In this document: positions 1-8,061 of the stretch, one piece after another
Layout: the number at the start of each line of letters is the position of its first letter
Position numbering within the stretch: position 1 is the first letter of the stretch
Origin: Caldilineae bacterium
GTDB lineage: Bacteria > Chloroflexota > Anaerolineae > DTLA01
Direction of reading: 5' to 3'
NCBI GenBank assembly: GCA_037446815.1
Contig: JBBIHX010000013.1
Span: forward strand, 1 to 35,528
Length of the DNA stretch: 35,528 nt
Position numbers and translations under genes: made by a program
The notes under the pieces: generated by a model
Told to the model about the DNA's origin: nothing
Seen by the model: the letters and a program-made list of their open reading frames with translations, nothing else
Databases searched by the model: none

Positions 1-172
1 GCAACCCCATTATACTCGGGAGGTGCAGCGCTCTCATATAATCAATCTCACGCCCTGGGGATTGCTTCGGGCGCTGCGCGCCCTCGCAATGACAGCCCCA
101 TGCGTAATTCGCGCGGGAGGGATTCTTCGCGGCCCACGGTGTCATCTAGCGCGGCTTGGCCGCCGGGGGCTG

Positions 173-201
173 TTGACGCCGGAGCAGACCTCCCGTATAA
201 T
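173..201 (+). promoter_or_regulatory. sigma70-type promoter of the response regulator
   Basis: TTGACG (173-178), 17 nt spacer, TATAAT (196-201), about 50 nt before the ATG at 250. Confidence 0.7.
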
Positions 202-249
202 GCCCATGCGTGCGGCGGCAATGGGTAGAGACGGTGGAGGGAGACCCAA

Positions 250-954
250 ATGGCGAGGATCGTGCTCATCTCGGACGACCTGGAACTATCCCGTGAGGTG
301 GCCCAGCGTCTGGAGGACAAAGGCCACGTGGTGATTCCCATGGAGTGCATGGAGGCGCGGTTCTACCAGGCGGCGCAATTGCGGCCCGACCTGCTGGTGG
401 CCGATTTCGCTTCCATGTCGCGCGACGCCTCCTCGGCGTTCCAGCGGGCGCTGGCCAATCTTGACCTCAAGTGCCCTGTGCTGGGCATCTTCGGCGCGCT
501 GGATGTGGTGCGCAGCCTGCCCGCCCTGGTGGGGACGGCGGATGCCCTGGCAGGGAAGCAGACGCCGCGCAAAGGCAAGCCCGTCAGCGGCGAGTACGGC
601 TTCATGAGCCTGGACGTGCACCGCCGCGAGGTTACCATCCGCGGGGTCAGCATTCCCCTTACGCCGACGGAGACGCATATTCTCTCCATTCTCGCGGCCA
701 ACGTAGGCAGGTACATCAGCCCGCAGGCCATCGCCTCCGAGATTCAGGGGTACGAGGTGGACGAGCGCGAGGCGGGCGAGATGGTGCGCGTGCACATCCA
801 CAACCTGCGGCGCAAGTTCCAGAAGGCGGGCATTGGCCCCCCGTACATCGTGAGTTCGCGCGGGAAGGGCTACCTGCTGGAGCGCCGCACGCGGCCTCGC
901 GGTAGCCGGGTCAAGGGGCTTGGCGGGCTGCTGGATTCGTCGCCGTCACGCTGA
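250..954 (+). CDS. OmpR/PhoB-family winged-helix transcriptional regulator with degenerate receiver domain
   Basis: N-terminal IVLISDD...PDLLVAD receiver-like segment; C-terminal LTPTE-x2-IL...VRVHIHNLRRK...SRGKGY wHTH; GGAGG upstream. Confidence 0.85.
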   Translation: MARIVLISDDLELSREVAQRLEDKGHVVIPMECMEARFYQAAQLRPDLLVADFASMSRDASSAFQRALANLDLKCPVLGIFGALDVVRSLPALVGTADALAGKQTPRKGKPVSGEYGFMSLDVHRREVTIRGVSIPLTPTETHILSILAANVGRYISPQAIASEIQGYEVDEREAGEMVRVHIHNLRRKFQKAGIGPPYIVSSRGKGYLLERRTRPRGSRVKGLGGLLDSSPSR

Positions 955-1275
955 TCCGCCCGAGTGATGCGAATCCACGCGGATGGGGCGCGTGCGACGC
1001 ACCTGCGAGGTGCGGTGCACGTTGTCCCCGACTGTCTCTGCGAGCGGCGCGCAGCAATCTCCAGGATTGCGTCCACGGATAACGCGGGTTGCACGGATGG
1101 GCGCGAGAGATTCTGCGCGCTGCGCGCCGCAGAATGACAATTGCCGCGGACAGATTCCTGCCGCGCGTTGCCGTGGCGCGTCCCCTGCGGGCTCCACTCA
1201 TCTCCTGCGTTAAGAAACCTGAACGTTCATCGGCCTTCGTCTTGAGATGTCTTAACGCACGCCTACATCTGCGCA

Positions 1276-1284
1276 TGATATAAT
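1276..1284 (+). promoter_or_regulatory. extended -10 promoter for the riboswitch/peptidase transcript
   Basis: TGaTATAAT about 80 nt upstream of the riboswitch; no good -35. Confidence 0.55.
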
Positions 1285-1362
1285 GGGGCAGATTCACAGA
1301 AGATTCACGCCACCCTCCCCATGCCCGACACCCACGCCACCTGGATGTAACTGGATACTGGC

Positions 1363-1459
1363 GAGGTTCCGACAAGGGCAAACCACGGGTGACCGTGGGA
1401 CGCAAAGCCACGGGTCTTGTGGCCTCCATCCCAAGATCGCCGGGCCGCCGAAGAACCTC
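1363..1459 (+). ncRNA. cyclic di-GMP-I (GEMM) riboswitch
   Basis: AAGGGCAAACC-ACGG-GTGA(GNRA loop)-CCGTGG-GACGCAAAGCCACGGGTCTTG...CAAGATCGCCGGGCCGCCGAA matches the c-di-GMP-I consensus; closing helix GAGGTTC (1363-69)/GAACCTC (1453-59); Vc2 G20/A47/C92 equivalents present. Confidence 0.92.
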
Positions 1460-1505
1460 TGTTGTTTTGGTAATCAGGTTCGCCCCCCCAGGGAAGTTGT
1501 TGTAC

Positions 1506-1562
1506 ATGGGAACTGAGCAGCATCGGAACTTCGGCAGCCGACGCAGCGTGAACTGGGGATAG
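1506..1562 (+). CDS. 18-aa small peptide MGTEQHRNFGSRRSVNWG (putative precursor peptide)
   Basis: ATG 1506 to TAG 1560-62, AGGGAAG upstream; last five codons encode exactly the SVNWG unit repeated in both downstream peptidases; below the ORF-track size cutoff. Confidence 0.7.
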   Translation: MGTEQHRNFGSRRSVNWG

Positions 1563-1587
1563 ACAGACCGAAGGAGGTCAGCAGGAA

Positions 1588-3171
1588 ATGGAGACCCGCG
1601 TAGGCCGGCTTTTTCGGTTACCTGTGTACCTTGTGCTTGTCCTCTGTCTAGTCCTCGTTACCCTCTTGCCCGCCGCCCGCCCGGCGGCTCGTCCGCTGCC
1701 CATTGACCGCGCGCTGTATGCGATTCTCGCGCAGGCAGAGAGCGATGCTCCCATCGCCGTCATCGTCCAGAAAGCGACCCCCGGCGCCGAGGCCGAGGCG
1801 ATGGTGCGCAGCCTTGGCGGCGAAGTCGTGCGCTCCTGGAGCATCATCCCGGCGTTCCTGGCCAACCTATCGGCCGATGCCATCCGCCAACTGGCCCAAA
1901 GTGGCCTCGTGCGCTGGATATCGTGGGATAGCCCGGTGGTGAAGCAAGATAGCGGCGAAGCGGACACAATCGCTCTCATCGGCGCGTACCTCAACGCCTA
2001 CAATGCCACCATCGGCGCGACCACGGCGTGGAACTACGGGTTCACGGGCAGGGGCATTGGGGTCGCCGTGGTGGACAGCGGCGTAACGCCCAAGACCGAC
2101 TTCCTGGCGACTTCATACAGCCTGACGCGCACAAGCCGACTGGTGGCCAACGTTACCTTTGCCAACACCATCTCGGCCTACACCAGCCGCGTCAACACCA
2201 CCACGTCGGACATCTTCGGCCACGGGACTCATATCGCCGGCATCATCGGCAGCAACGGAGCCAGTTCGGGGGGCACCTTCAAGGGGGTGGCACCCGATGT
2301 GAACCTCATCAACCTGCGGGTCGCCGATTTCAACGGCCGCGCCTTTGAATCGGACATGGTGGACGCGCTCCAGTGGATTTACGATCACCGCAAGGAGTAC
2401 AACATCCGCGTCGTGAATGTGTCCATGAACTCGGCCACGGCGCAATCGTACCACACCAGCCCGCTGGACGCCGCGCTGGAAATCCTCTGGTTCAACGGCG
2501 TCGTCGTCATCGTATCGGCGGGGAACAACGGCGGCGTAGCGACAATGGGCACGGTTCCGGGTGTCCTGTATCCGCCCGCCAACGACCCGTTCGTCATCAC
2601 GGTGGGCGCATCGGATGACATGGGCACGTCGTACACGTGGGATGACATCCTGGCTCCGTTCTCGGCCTACGGGGTTACCGAGGACGGCTTCTGGAAGCCG
2701 GAACTGGTAGCCCCCGGCGCGCACATCATCAACCTGCTGGCCAGCCCCGACTGCACCATCGCGGTTCAGCACCCCGAGGCCCTGTACGGAGGCGCGTTCC
2801 TGCGGCTATCGGGCACGTCTATGTCCGCCGGCGTGGCGAGCGGGGCGGTGGCCCTGCTGCTCCAGGCGCGGCCCGACGTGAACCCCGACCAAGTGAAATG
2901 GGCGCTGATGAACTCGGCCACGCCGCTGCGGCACACCGGCGCGGGGGCGGGCATCCTCAACGTCTGGGCCGCCATCAACCTGGGCAAGTACGACACGGCC
3001 AACACCGGCACCGTGGCCAGCAAACTGCTGTGGACGGGCTCCGACCCTATCAACTGGGGTTCGGTGAATTGGGGCAGCGTGAATTGGGGTTCGGTCAATT
3101 GGGGTAGCGTGAACTGGGGCAGCGTCAACTGGGGTTCGGTCAACTGGGGAAGCGTCAATTGGGGCTACTAG
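1588..3171 (+). CDS. secreted subtilisin-like S8 serine peptidase (AprX-like) with C-terminal (SVNWG)7 tail
   Basis: Signal peptide, I9-like prodomain, triad VAVVDSG / HGTHIAG / GTSMS, SAGN oxyanion Asn; RBS AAGGAGG 1571-77. Confidence 0.93.
   Translation: METRVGRLFRLPVYLVLVLCLVLVTLLPAARPAARPLPIDRALYAILAQAESDAPIAVIVQKATPGAEAEAMVRSLGGEVVRSWSIIPAFLANLSADAIRQLAQSGLVRWISWDSPVVKQDSGEADTIALIGAYLNAYNATIGATTAWNYGFTGRGIGVAVVDSGVTPKTDFLATSYSLTRTSRLVANVTFANTISAYTSRVNTTTSDIFGHGTHIAGIIGSNGASSGGTFKGVAPDVNLINLRVADFNGRAFESDMVDALQWIYDHRKEYNIRVVNVSMNSATAQSYHTSPLDAALEILWFNGVVVIVSAGNNGGVATMGTVPGVLYPPANDPFVITVGASDDMGTSYTWDDILAPFSAYGVTEDGFWKPELVAPGAHIINLLASPDCTIAVQHPEALYGGAFLRLSGTSMSAGVASGAVALLLQARPDVNPDQVKWALMNSATPLRHTGAGAGILNVWAAINLGKYDTANTGTVASKLLWTGSDPINWGSVNWGSVNWGSVNWGSVNWGSVNWGSVNWGSVNWGY
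3046..3165 (+). repeat. coding 15-bp tandem repeat: PINWG + 7 x SVNWG
   Basis: Eight in-frame 15-nt units; the seven SVNWG units all differ at synonymous sites. Confidence 0.97.
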
Positions 3172-3220
3172 GGCTGCCCGTTCGGAAACTTTGCGAGAAC
3201 ATAGTCGGAGGCAGAAGCAA

Positions 3221-4861
3221 ATGATTCAAGCAGGCAGACGACTCATCTGGCGACTGGCACTGACCATTGTCGTGCTCGCGGCCATGATTGCCGTGTTCGC
3301 GCCGAGTCCTGCGTCTGCCGAGCCCCCCAGGCTAGACGAACAGTTGTCGGCGATGATAGCCAACGCAACCGAGGACATGGTGCCGGTCATCGTGCGGGTG
3401 TACGATGGCAATGACGCAGCCGCGGTCAAGGCGCTTGTGGAGCGGCTGGGCGGCCAATTGGGCGTGGACTTGGAGTTCATCCAGGCCTTCGCCGCTCGGG
3501 TGCCCACGGCGGCCCTGGCGCGGCTGGGTAGCGACCGCCGCGTGCGCTCGGTTTCCTACGACCGCCCGATTCTGCCGCAGGACGACGGCGAGGCCGCAGA
3601 CCCCGAATGGACGCCGAGGCCGGACCGAATCGTCAACACGTACAACTTCACCATCGGCGCCGACAGGGCATGGGCCGAGGGCATCACCGGCCGGGGCGTA
3701 ACCATCGCCGTTGTGGACAGCGGCGTGCAGTATCACCTAGACCTCTTGAGCAACATCCTGATGGGCTGGAGCATCTTTGCGACGGGGTTGCCTGCCCATG
3801 TGGACAATTACGGACACGGGACCCATGTGGCCGGCATCATCGCGGGCACGGGGGCCTTCAGCCAGGGCAAGTATGTGGGCATCGCGCCCAACGCGAAGAT
3901 CCTGCCCGTGCGGGTGTGCGACGCCAACGGAGCCAGCAGCGAGTCATCCCTGGTGGCCGGCCTCCAGTGGGTGTATTACAATCGCAACCTCTACAACATC
4001 CGCGTCGTCAACGTCTCACTGAACTCTGATAGCCTCCTCTCGTATCACCAAAGCCCGCTGGACGCGGCGCTGGAAATCCTATGGTTCAACCGCATCGTGG
4101 TGGTGGTGTCGGCGGGGAATAGCCGCGGACAGGTCTACCCGCCCGCCAACGACCCCTTTGTCATTACCGTTGGCGCGGTGGACGAGCACGGGACGCGCAC
4201 GACCGCCGATGATACCGTCGCGCCCTTCTCCGGCTATGGCACCACGCCCGAAGGGTTCAGCAAGCCCGACTTGGTGGCGCCGGGCGTCAACATTGTGAGC
4301 ACGCTGGCGTATACCGGCTGCCGGCTGAGCCGCGAACACCCCGACCATCGGGTGGACACGCGCTACTTCCGCCTCTCGGGCACGTCCATGGCGGCGGCGG
4401 TAACCAGCGGCGCGGTGGCCCTGCTGCTCCAGGCGCGGCCCAACCTGAACCCTGATCAGGTGAAGATGCTCCTGAAGGCTTCGGCCACGCCGTTGAACCA
4501 GACGGGCGCGGGGGCGGGCATCCTCAACGTGTACAACGCGATTCACATGCAAGGCGTCGGCACTGCCAACACCGGCACGCCCGCGTCGGCGCTCCTGTGG
4601 ACAGGCTCCGATCCCGTGAATTGGGGGTCGGTGAACTGGGGCAGCGTCAACTGGGGGTCGGTGAATTGGGGTAGCGTGAACTGGGGCAGTGTCAACTGGG
4701 GCAGCGTCAACTGGGGATCGGTGGATTGCTCGTCGGTGAACTGGGGGCGCAAGCCGCGCATCCCGGTTTCCGTCAACTGGGGCTGGATTCCGACGAGGTC
4801 GGTCAACTGGGGTTGGGCCCCGGCCCGGTCTGTAAACTGGGGCGGCGGCCCGCGAAAATAA
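3221..4861 (+). CDS. second secreted S8 serine peptidase (paralog) with SVNWG repeat tail
   Basis: Likely start ATG 3221 (GGAGG 3207-11); signal peptide ending ASA-E; IAVVDSG / HGTHVAG / GTSMA; shares YHxSPLDAALEILWFN and LLWTGSDP with the first peptidase. Confidence 0.93.
   Translation: MIQAGRRLIWRLALTIVVLAAMIAVFAPSPASAEPPRLDEQLSAMIANATEDMVPVIVRVYDGNDAAAVKALVERLGGQLGVDLEFIQAFAARVPTAALARLGSDRRVRSVSYDRPILPQDDGEAADPEWTPRPDRIVNTYNFTIGADRAWAEGITGRGVTIAVVDSGVQYHLDLLSNILMGWSIFATGLPAHVDNYGHGTHVAGIIAGTGAFSQGKYVGIAPNAKILPVRVCDANGASSESSLVAGLQWVYYNRNLYNIRVVNVSLNSDSLLSYHQSPLDAALEILWFNRIVVVVSAGNSRGQVYPPANDPFVITVGAVDEHGTRTTADDTVAPFSGYGTTPEGFSKPDLVAPGVNIVSTLAYTGCRLSREHPDHRVDTRYFRLSGTSMAAAVTSGAVALLLQARPNLNPDQVKMLLKASATPLNQTGAGAGILNVYNAIHMQGVGTANTGTPASALLWTGSDPVNWGSVNWGSVNWGSVNWGSVNWGSVNWGSVNWGSVDCSSVNWGRKPRIPVSVNWGWIPTRSVNWGWAPARSVNWGGGPRK
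4613..4843 (+). repeat. coding repeat: PVNWG + 10 x SVNWG, the last ones separated by spacers
   Basis: 6 tandem SVNWG, SVDCS, SVNWG, RKPRIPV, SVNWG, WIPTR, SVNWG, WAPAR, SVNWG. Confidence 0.97.
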
Positions 4862-4874
4862 CGGTTCGCGATTC

Positions 4875-4910
4875 ACCCTGCCCGGGCGCACTCGGGCAGG
4901 GTTTGCGTTT
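4875..4910 (+). terminator. putative intrinsic terminator after the peptidase pair
   Basis: CCCTGCCCG / CGGGCAGGG stem followed by TTTGCGTTT. Confidence 0.6.
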
Positions 4911-4937
4911 GACCTCTCGGTAGTAGCATGCTACTAT
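4909..4937 (+). promoter_or_regulatory. promoter with overlapping palindromic operator for the GGDEF/HD-GYP gene
   Basis: TTGACC-17nt-TACTAT with TG extension; perfect 16-bp palindrome TAGTAGCATGCTACTA at 4921-4936. Confidence 0.55.
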
Positions 4938-4968
4938 TCGCCTACTCCGCAGAGCAGAGAGGGGAGCG

Positions 4969-7707
4969 ATGAAAGACCTGTCAAGGCCCGCGCGAGCCTA
5001 CATTCTGGGCATTCTCGGGTTGACGATAGTTGCCGTCCTGTTCGGCGCCGTGGCCTCGCCGCCGCGGAATGTGGATTGGGCCTTGTTGGGGTTCTTGCTC
5101 GTCGGCGCGATGACGGCGCAGTATTTCACCGTCGTTACGCCCAAGCATCAGCACTATTACCTGACGCCGGCCTTCTTCTTCGCCAGCATCGTGCTCCAAC
5201 ACCCGCTGATTTTCGCCCTTGTGGTGGCGCTGGGGCATGTGCCCGAGTGGCTCAAAGTCAAGTATCGCTGGTATATCCAATCGTTCAACATTGCGGGGCA
5301 CACGCTGGCCGGGTTCGCGGGCAAGACGGTGCTGGCGCTGTTGGTGGGGGCCGAGCGAAACCCCACGCCGAACGTAGCAGGCATCGTGGCGGTGCTGGCT
5401 GCGGCCTCCACGTACATTCTGGTGAACCACCTGCTGGTCGGCATCGTCCTCATGCTGGCGCGCAACGTGAGCCTCCGCGAGTCCCAGGTGCTCAGCCCCG
5501 CGAATCTGCTGACCGACCTGGCGCTGGCGTGCGTGGGCGGGGCCATGGCCTTTCTCTGGATGCTGGGGCCGTGGCTGGTGATCCTGGGCACCGCGCCGCT
5601 GCTGCTCATTCACCGCGCCCTGAGCATTCCGGCCCTGCGCGAGGAGGCGCAGGTGGACGCGAAGACAGGGCTGTACAACGTCAAGTACTTCACCACCAGT
5701 CTGAACGATGAGTTGCGGCGCGCGCGGCGATTCGGTCGCCCCCTTGCCGTCATCATGGCCGATTTGGACGGCTTGCGGCACATCAACAACACGCATGGGC
5801 ACCTGGCGGGCGACGCCGTACTGGCCGCCATCGGCAAGATCATCCGCGAGCAGGTGCGTGAGTACGACGTGGCGGCCCGCTTCGGCGGCGAGGAGTTCGC
5901 CCTCCTCATGCCCGAAACCACCACCGACGAGGGGTATGTGGTGGCCGAGCGCATTCGCAAAGCGGTGGAGTCCACGCCGATTCAGATTCCGACGCGGGTG
6001 GAGCCTATCTACGTAACCATCACGGCGGGGGTGGCGTCCTATCCCACCGATGGGTACGAGCCGCAGCAACTGCTCCATGCTGCCGACGTGGCGCTGTATC
6101 AGGGCAAAGCCTCGGGCAAGAACCGCGTCCGCATGTCGGCTCCTGGACAAGGGCCGGAGCCGCCGATTCCCCCGCCGCCCGCCGACGGCGCCGAGCAGCC
6201 GCCCGCCGCGTCCCCCCCTGGCTCGGAAGGGGCCCCCGCGCCCATGGCTGCTCCGCTCAACCCCGCGGCCGACACGGGGGAGCGTTTCGCTGCGCAGGCG
6301 AAGCCGCGACGCATGCCGAAGGCGGCATGGGCGGTCGTTAGCGCGGTGATGATGTGCGGCCTGATTCTGTGGGCGCTCTATCTCCCGTCCGCGAGCCGAT
6401 TTGACGTAACAGGGCTGCTGATCTTGGCGGGTTTCGCCGGCTTGGCCGAACTGTTCTCCGTGGACCTGTACGGGGCGAGTACCGTGTCGGTCAGTTTCGT
6501 GGCGATTTTTGCGGCGGCGCTGATGTACGGGCCGGTGGGCGCGGCTGTGGTCGGCCCGGTCATCGCCATCGGCCACTGGATCAAGCGGCGGCCTCGCATC
6601 TACCAGGTGGTATTCAACGCGGCGAATCACACGATTTCCAGCACCGTAGCGGCGTTCCTGTTCGCGCTGGCGGGCGTCAAACTCCGACCGGAGAACATTT
6701 TGTTGCTGGCGGTGCCGGTGCTGCTCGCGGGCCTCGTCAACTACTTTATCAGCACCATGCTGGTATCCACGGCGCTGGGGCTGTCGGAGAGGACAAACCC
6801 ATGGCGGTTGTGGAAGGAGCAGTTTCGCTGGTTGGCCGTGCACTACGTGGTGATGGCATTCCTGGCGATGTTCTTCGCGCTGGCGTATCTGACGTTTGGC
6901 GTCTGGGGAGTGGTGGCCTTTCTTGCGCCGCTGCTCATCATGCGCTACGCGCAGAAGCAGTACGTGGATCAGACGGTGCAGAACGTGGCAGCCCTGCGCA
7001 AGGTGAACCAGGAACTGGCCCGCGCGAACGAAGAGATACAAATGATCAACGACGAACTGCTGATGACGCTGGCCAGCGCCATTGACGCGCGCGACCCGTA
7101 TGTGTACGGCCATTCGGCCCGCGTGGCCGAGTACGCTGTGGCCCTGGCGCGAGAGTTGAGCCTGCCGCCGGAGCGGGTGGAACTGGTGCGACGAGCGGCC
7201 CTGCTCCACGACGTGGGCAAGATCGGCCTGCCCGAGCGCGTGCTCAACAAGCGCGGCAACCTCACGGTTGAGGAGTACGAGGTGATGAAACAACACGCCC
7301 TGGCCGCCGATGGCATCCTGGGCGTGTGCCACCAACTCCAGAATCTGGTGCCCATTGTCTCGGCGCACCATGAACGCTGGGATGGCAAGGGCTATCCCAA
7401 AGGCTTGGCCGGCGACAGCGTCCCGTTGGAGGCGCGCATTTTGGCCCTGGCCGACGCGGTGGAAGCCATGGCGTCCGACCGAACCTACCACCGCGCCAAG
7501 CCCGCCGAGGAGATTCTGGCCGAAGTGGAGCGGAACGCCGGAACGCAGTTTGACCCTGCGGTGGCCGCGGCGTTTGTGCGCGTCGTGAAACGCGAGGGCC
7601 CGCAGTTCATCCGCAACTCGGCGCAAGAGGTCAACAGCCGCCGCGGCACAGGCCAATGGCAACCGCCGGAGTGGCTATCGCAAGACTGGCAGACGGAGGC
7701 CGGGTAG
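4969..7707 (+). CDS. membrane diguanylate cyclase / HD-GYP phosphodiesterase fusion with two multi-TM sensor regions
   Basis: Hydrophobic N-terminus; DAKTGLYN...REYD (RxxD I-site)...RFGGEEF; Pro-rich linker; second TM region; LLHDVGK and HHERWDGKGYP. Confidence 0.92.
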   Translation: MKDLSRPARAYILGILGLTIVAVLFGAVASPPRNVDWALLGFLLVGAMTAQYFTVVTPKHQHYYLTPAFFFASIVLQHPLIFALVVALGHVPEWLKVKYRWYIQSFNIAGHTLAGFAGKTVLALLVGAERNPTPNVAGIVAVLAAASTYILVNHLLVGIVLMLARNVSLRESQVLSPANLLTDLALACVGGAMAFLWMLGPWLVILGTAPLLLIHRALSIPALREEAQVDAKTGLYNVKYFTTSLNDELRRARRFGRPLAVIMADLDGLRHINNTHGHLAGDAVLAAIGKIIREQVREYDVAARFGGEEFALLMPETTTDEGYVVAERIRKAVESTPIQIPTRVEPIYVTITAGVASYPTDGYEPQQLLHAADVALYQGKASGKNRVRMSAPGQGPEPPIPPPPADGAEQPPAASPPGSEGAPAPMAAPLNPAADTGERFAAQAKPRRMPKAAWAVVSAVMMCGLILWALYLPSASRFDVTGLLILAGFAGLAELFSVDLYGASTVSVSFVAIFAAALMYGPVGAAVVGPVIAIGHWIKRRPRIYQVVFNAANHTISSTVAAFLFALAGVKLRPENILLLAVPVLLAGLVNYFISTMLVSTALGLSERTNPWRLWKEQFRWLAVHYVVMAFLAMFFALAYLTFGVWGVVAFLAPLLIMRYAQKQYVDQTVQNVAALRKVNQELARANEEIQMINDELLMTLASAIDARDPYVYGHSARVAEYAVALARELSLPPERVELVRRAALLHDVGKIGLPERVLNKRGNLTVEEYEVMKQHALAADGILGVCHQLQNLVPIVSAHHERWDGKGYPKGLAGDSVPLEARILALADAVEAMASDRTYHRAKPAEEILAEVERNAGTQFDPAVAAAFVRVVKREGPQFIRNSAQEVNSRRGTGQWQPPEWLSQDWQTEAG

Positions 7708-7788
7708 CCATGCGGGAAGAGAGCGTACGTGTAATTGTCCAATACGAGATCGGCCTGCTTTCCGGGTAAACGACGGAGGACAGTGAGC

Positions 7789-7989
7789 ATGAACGAACTG
7801 CCCATGCACAACATGCTGACCATCCGCGATGCCTCACGGCGGCTCAACCGCTGCGCGGAGGTCGTGCGGCGCTACGTCCGCGAGGGCAAGTTGCCTGCCT
7901 ACAAACTCGGCCTGATGTGGTACGTCCGCGCCGAGGACGTGGAGGCGCTTGCCCGTAGATTGGCTCCAACACCGAGGCGAAGCGGCTAG
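7789..7989 (+). CDS. small excisionase-like (HTH_17/MerR-superfamily) DNA-binding protein
   Basis: MLTIRDASRRL...VRRYVREGKLPAYKLG..WYVRAEDV pattern; GGAGGA before ATG 7789. Confidence 0.8.
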   Translation: MNELPMHNMLTIRDASRRLNRCAEVVRRYVREGKLPAYKLGLMWYVRAEDVEALARRLAPTPRRSG

Positions 7990-8061
7990 TATCTTCCAGG
8001 GCCCATGCCACCCGCGGGGGCAGCGATGCATACAATCGCCCCAATGAGGGAGGGCCTGAAG

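Noticed and set aside
1363..1459. c-AMP-GMP-sensing GEMM-Ib variant
   Set aside because: The position equivalent to Vc2 G20 is G (AAGGGCAAACC), not A.
3046..4843. SVNWG DNA repeats as a CRISPR array
   Set aside because: 15-nt in-frame units with synonymous variation, no unique 30-40 nt spacers, no cas genes.
4981..7662. 893-aa antisense ORF (also 17078-18760, 26342-27967, 32166-33587 and similar)
   Set aside because: Shadow ORFs opposite well-supported genes in GC-rich DNA, with no recognisable motifs.
7710..7769. 19-aa ORF MREESVRVIVQYEIGLLSG
   Set aside because: Has a possible GGAGG but no motif or other support; could be chance.
7789..7989. Prophage or integrative-element excisionase
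   Set aside because: No integrase, att-like site or phage genes in the window.
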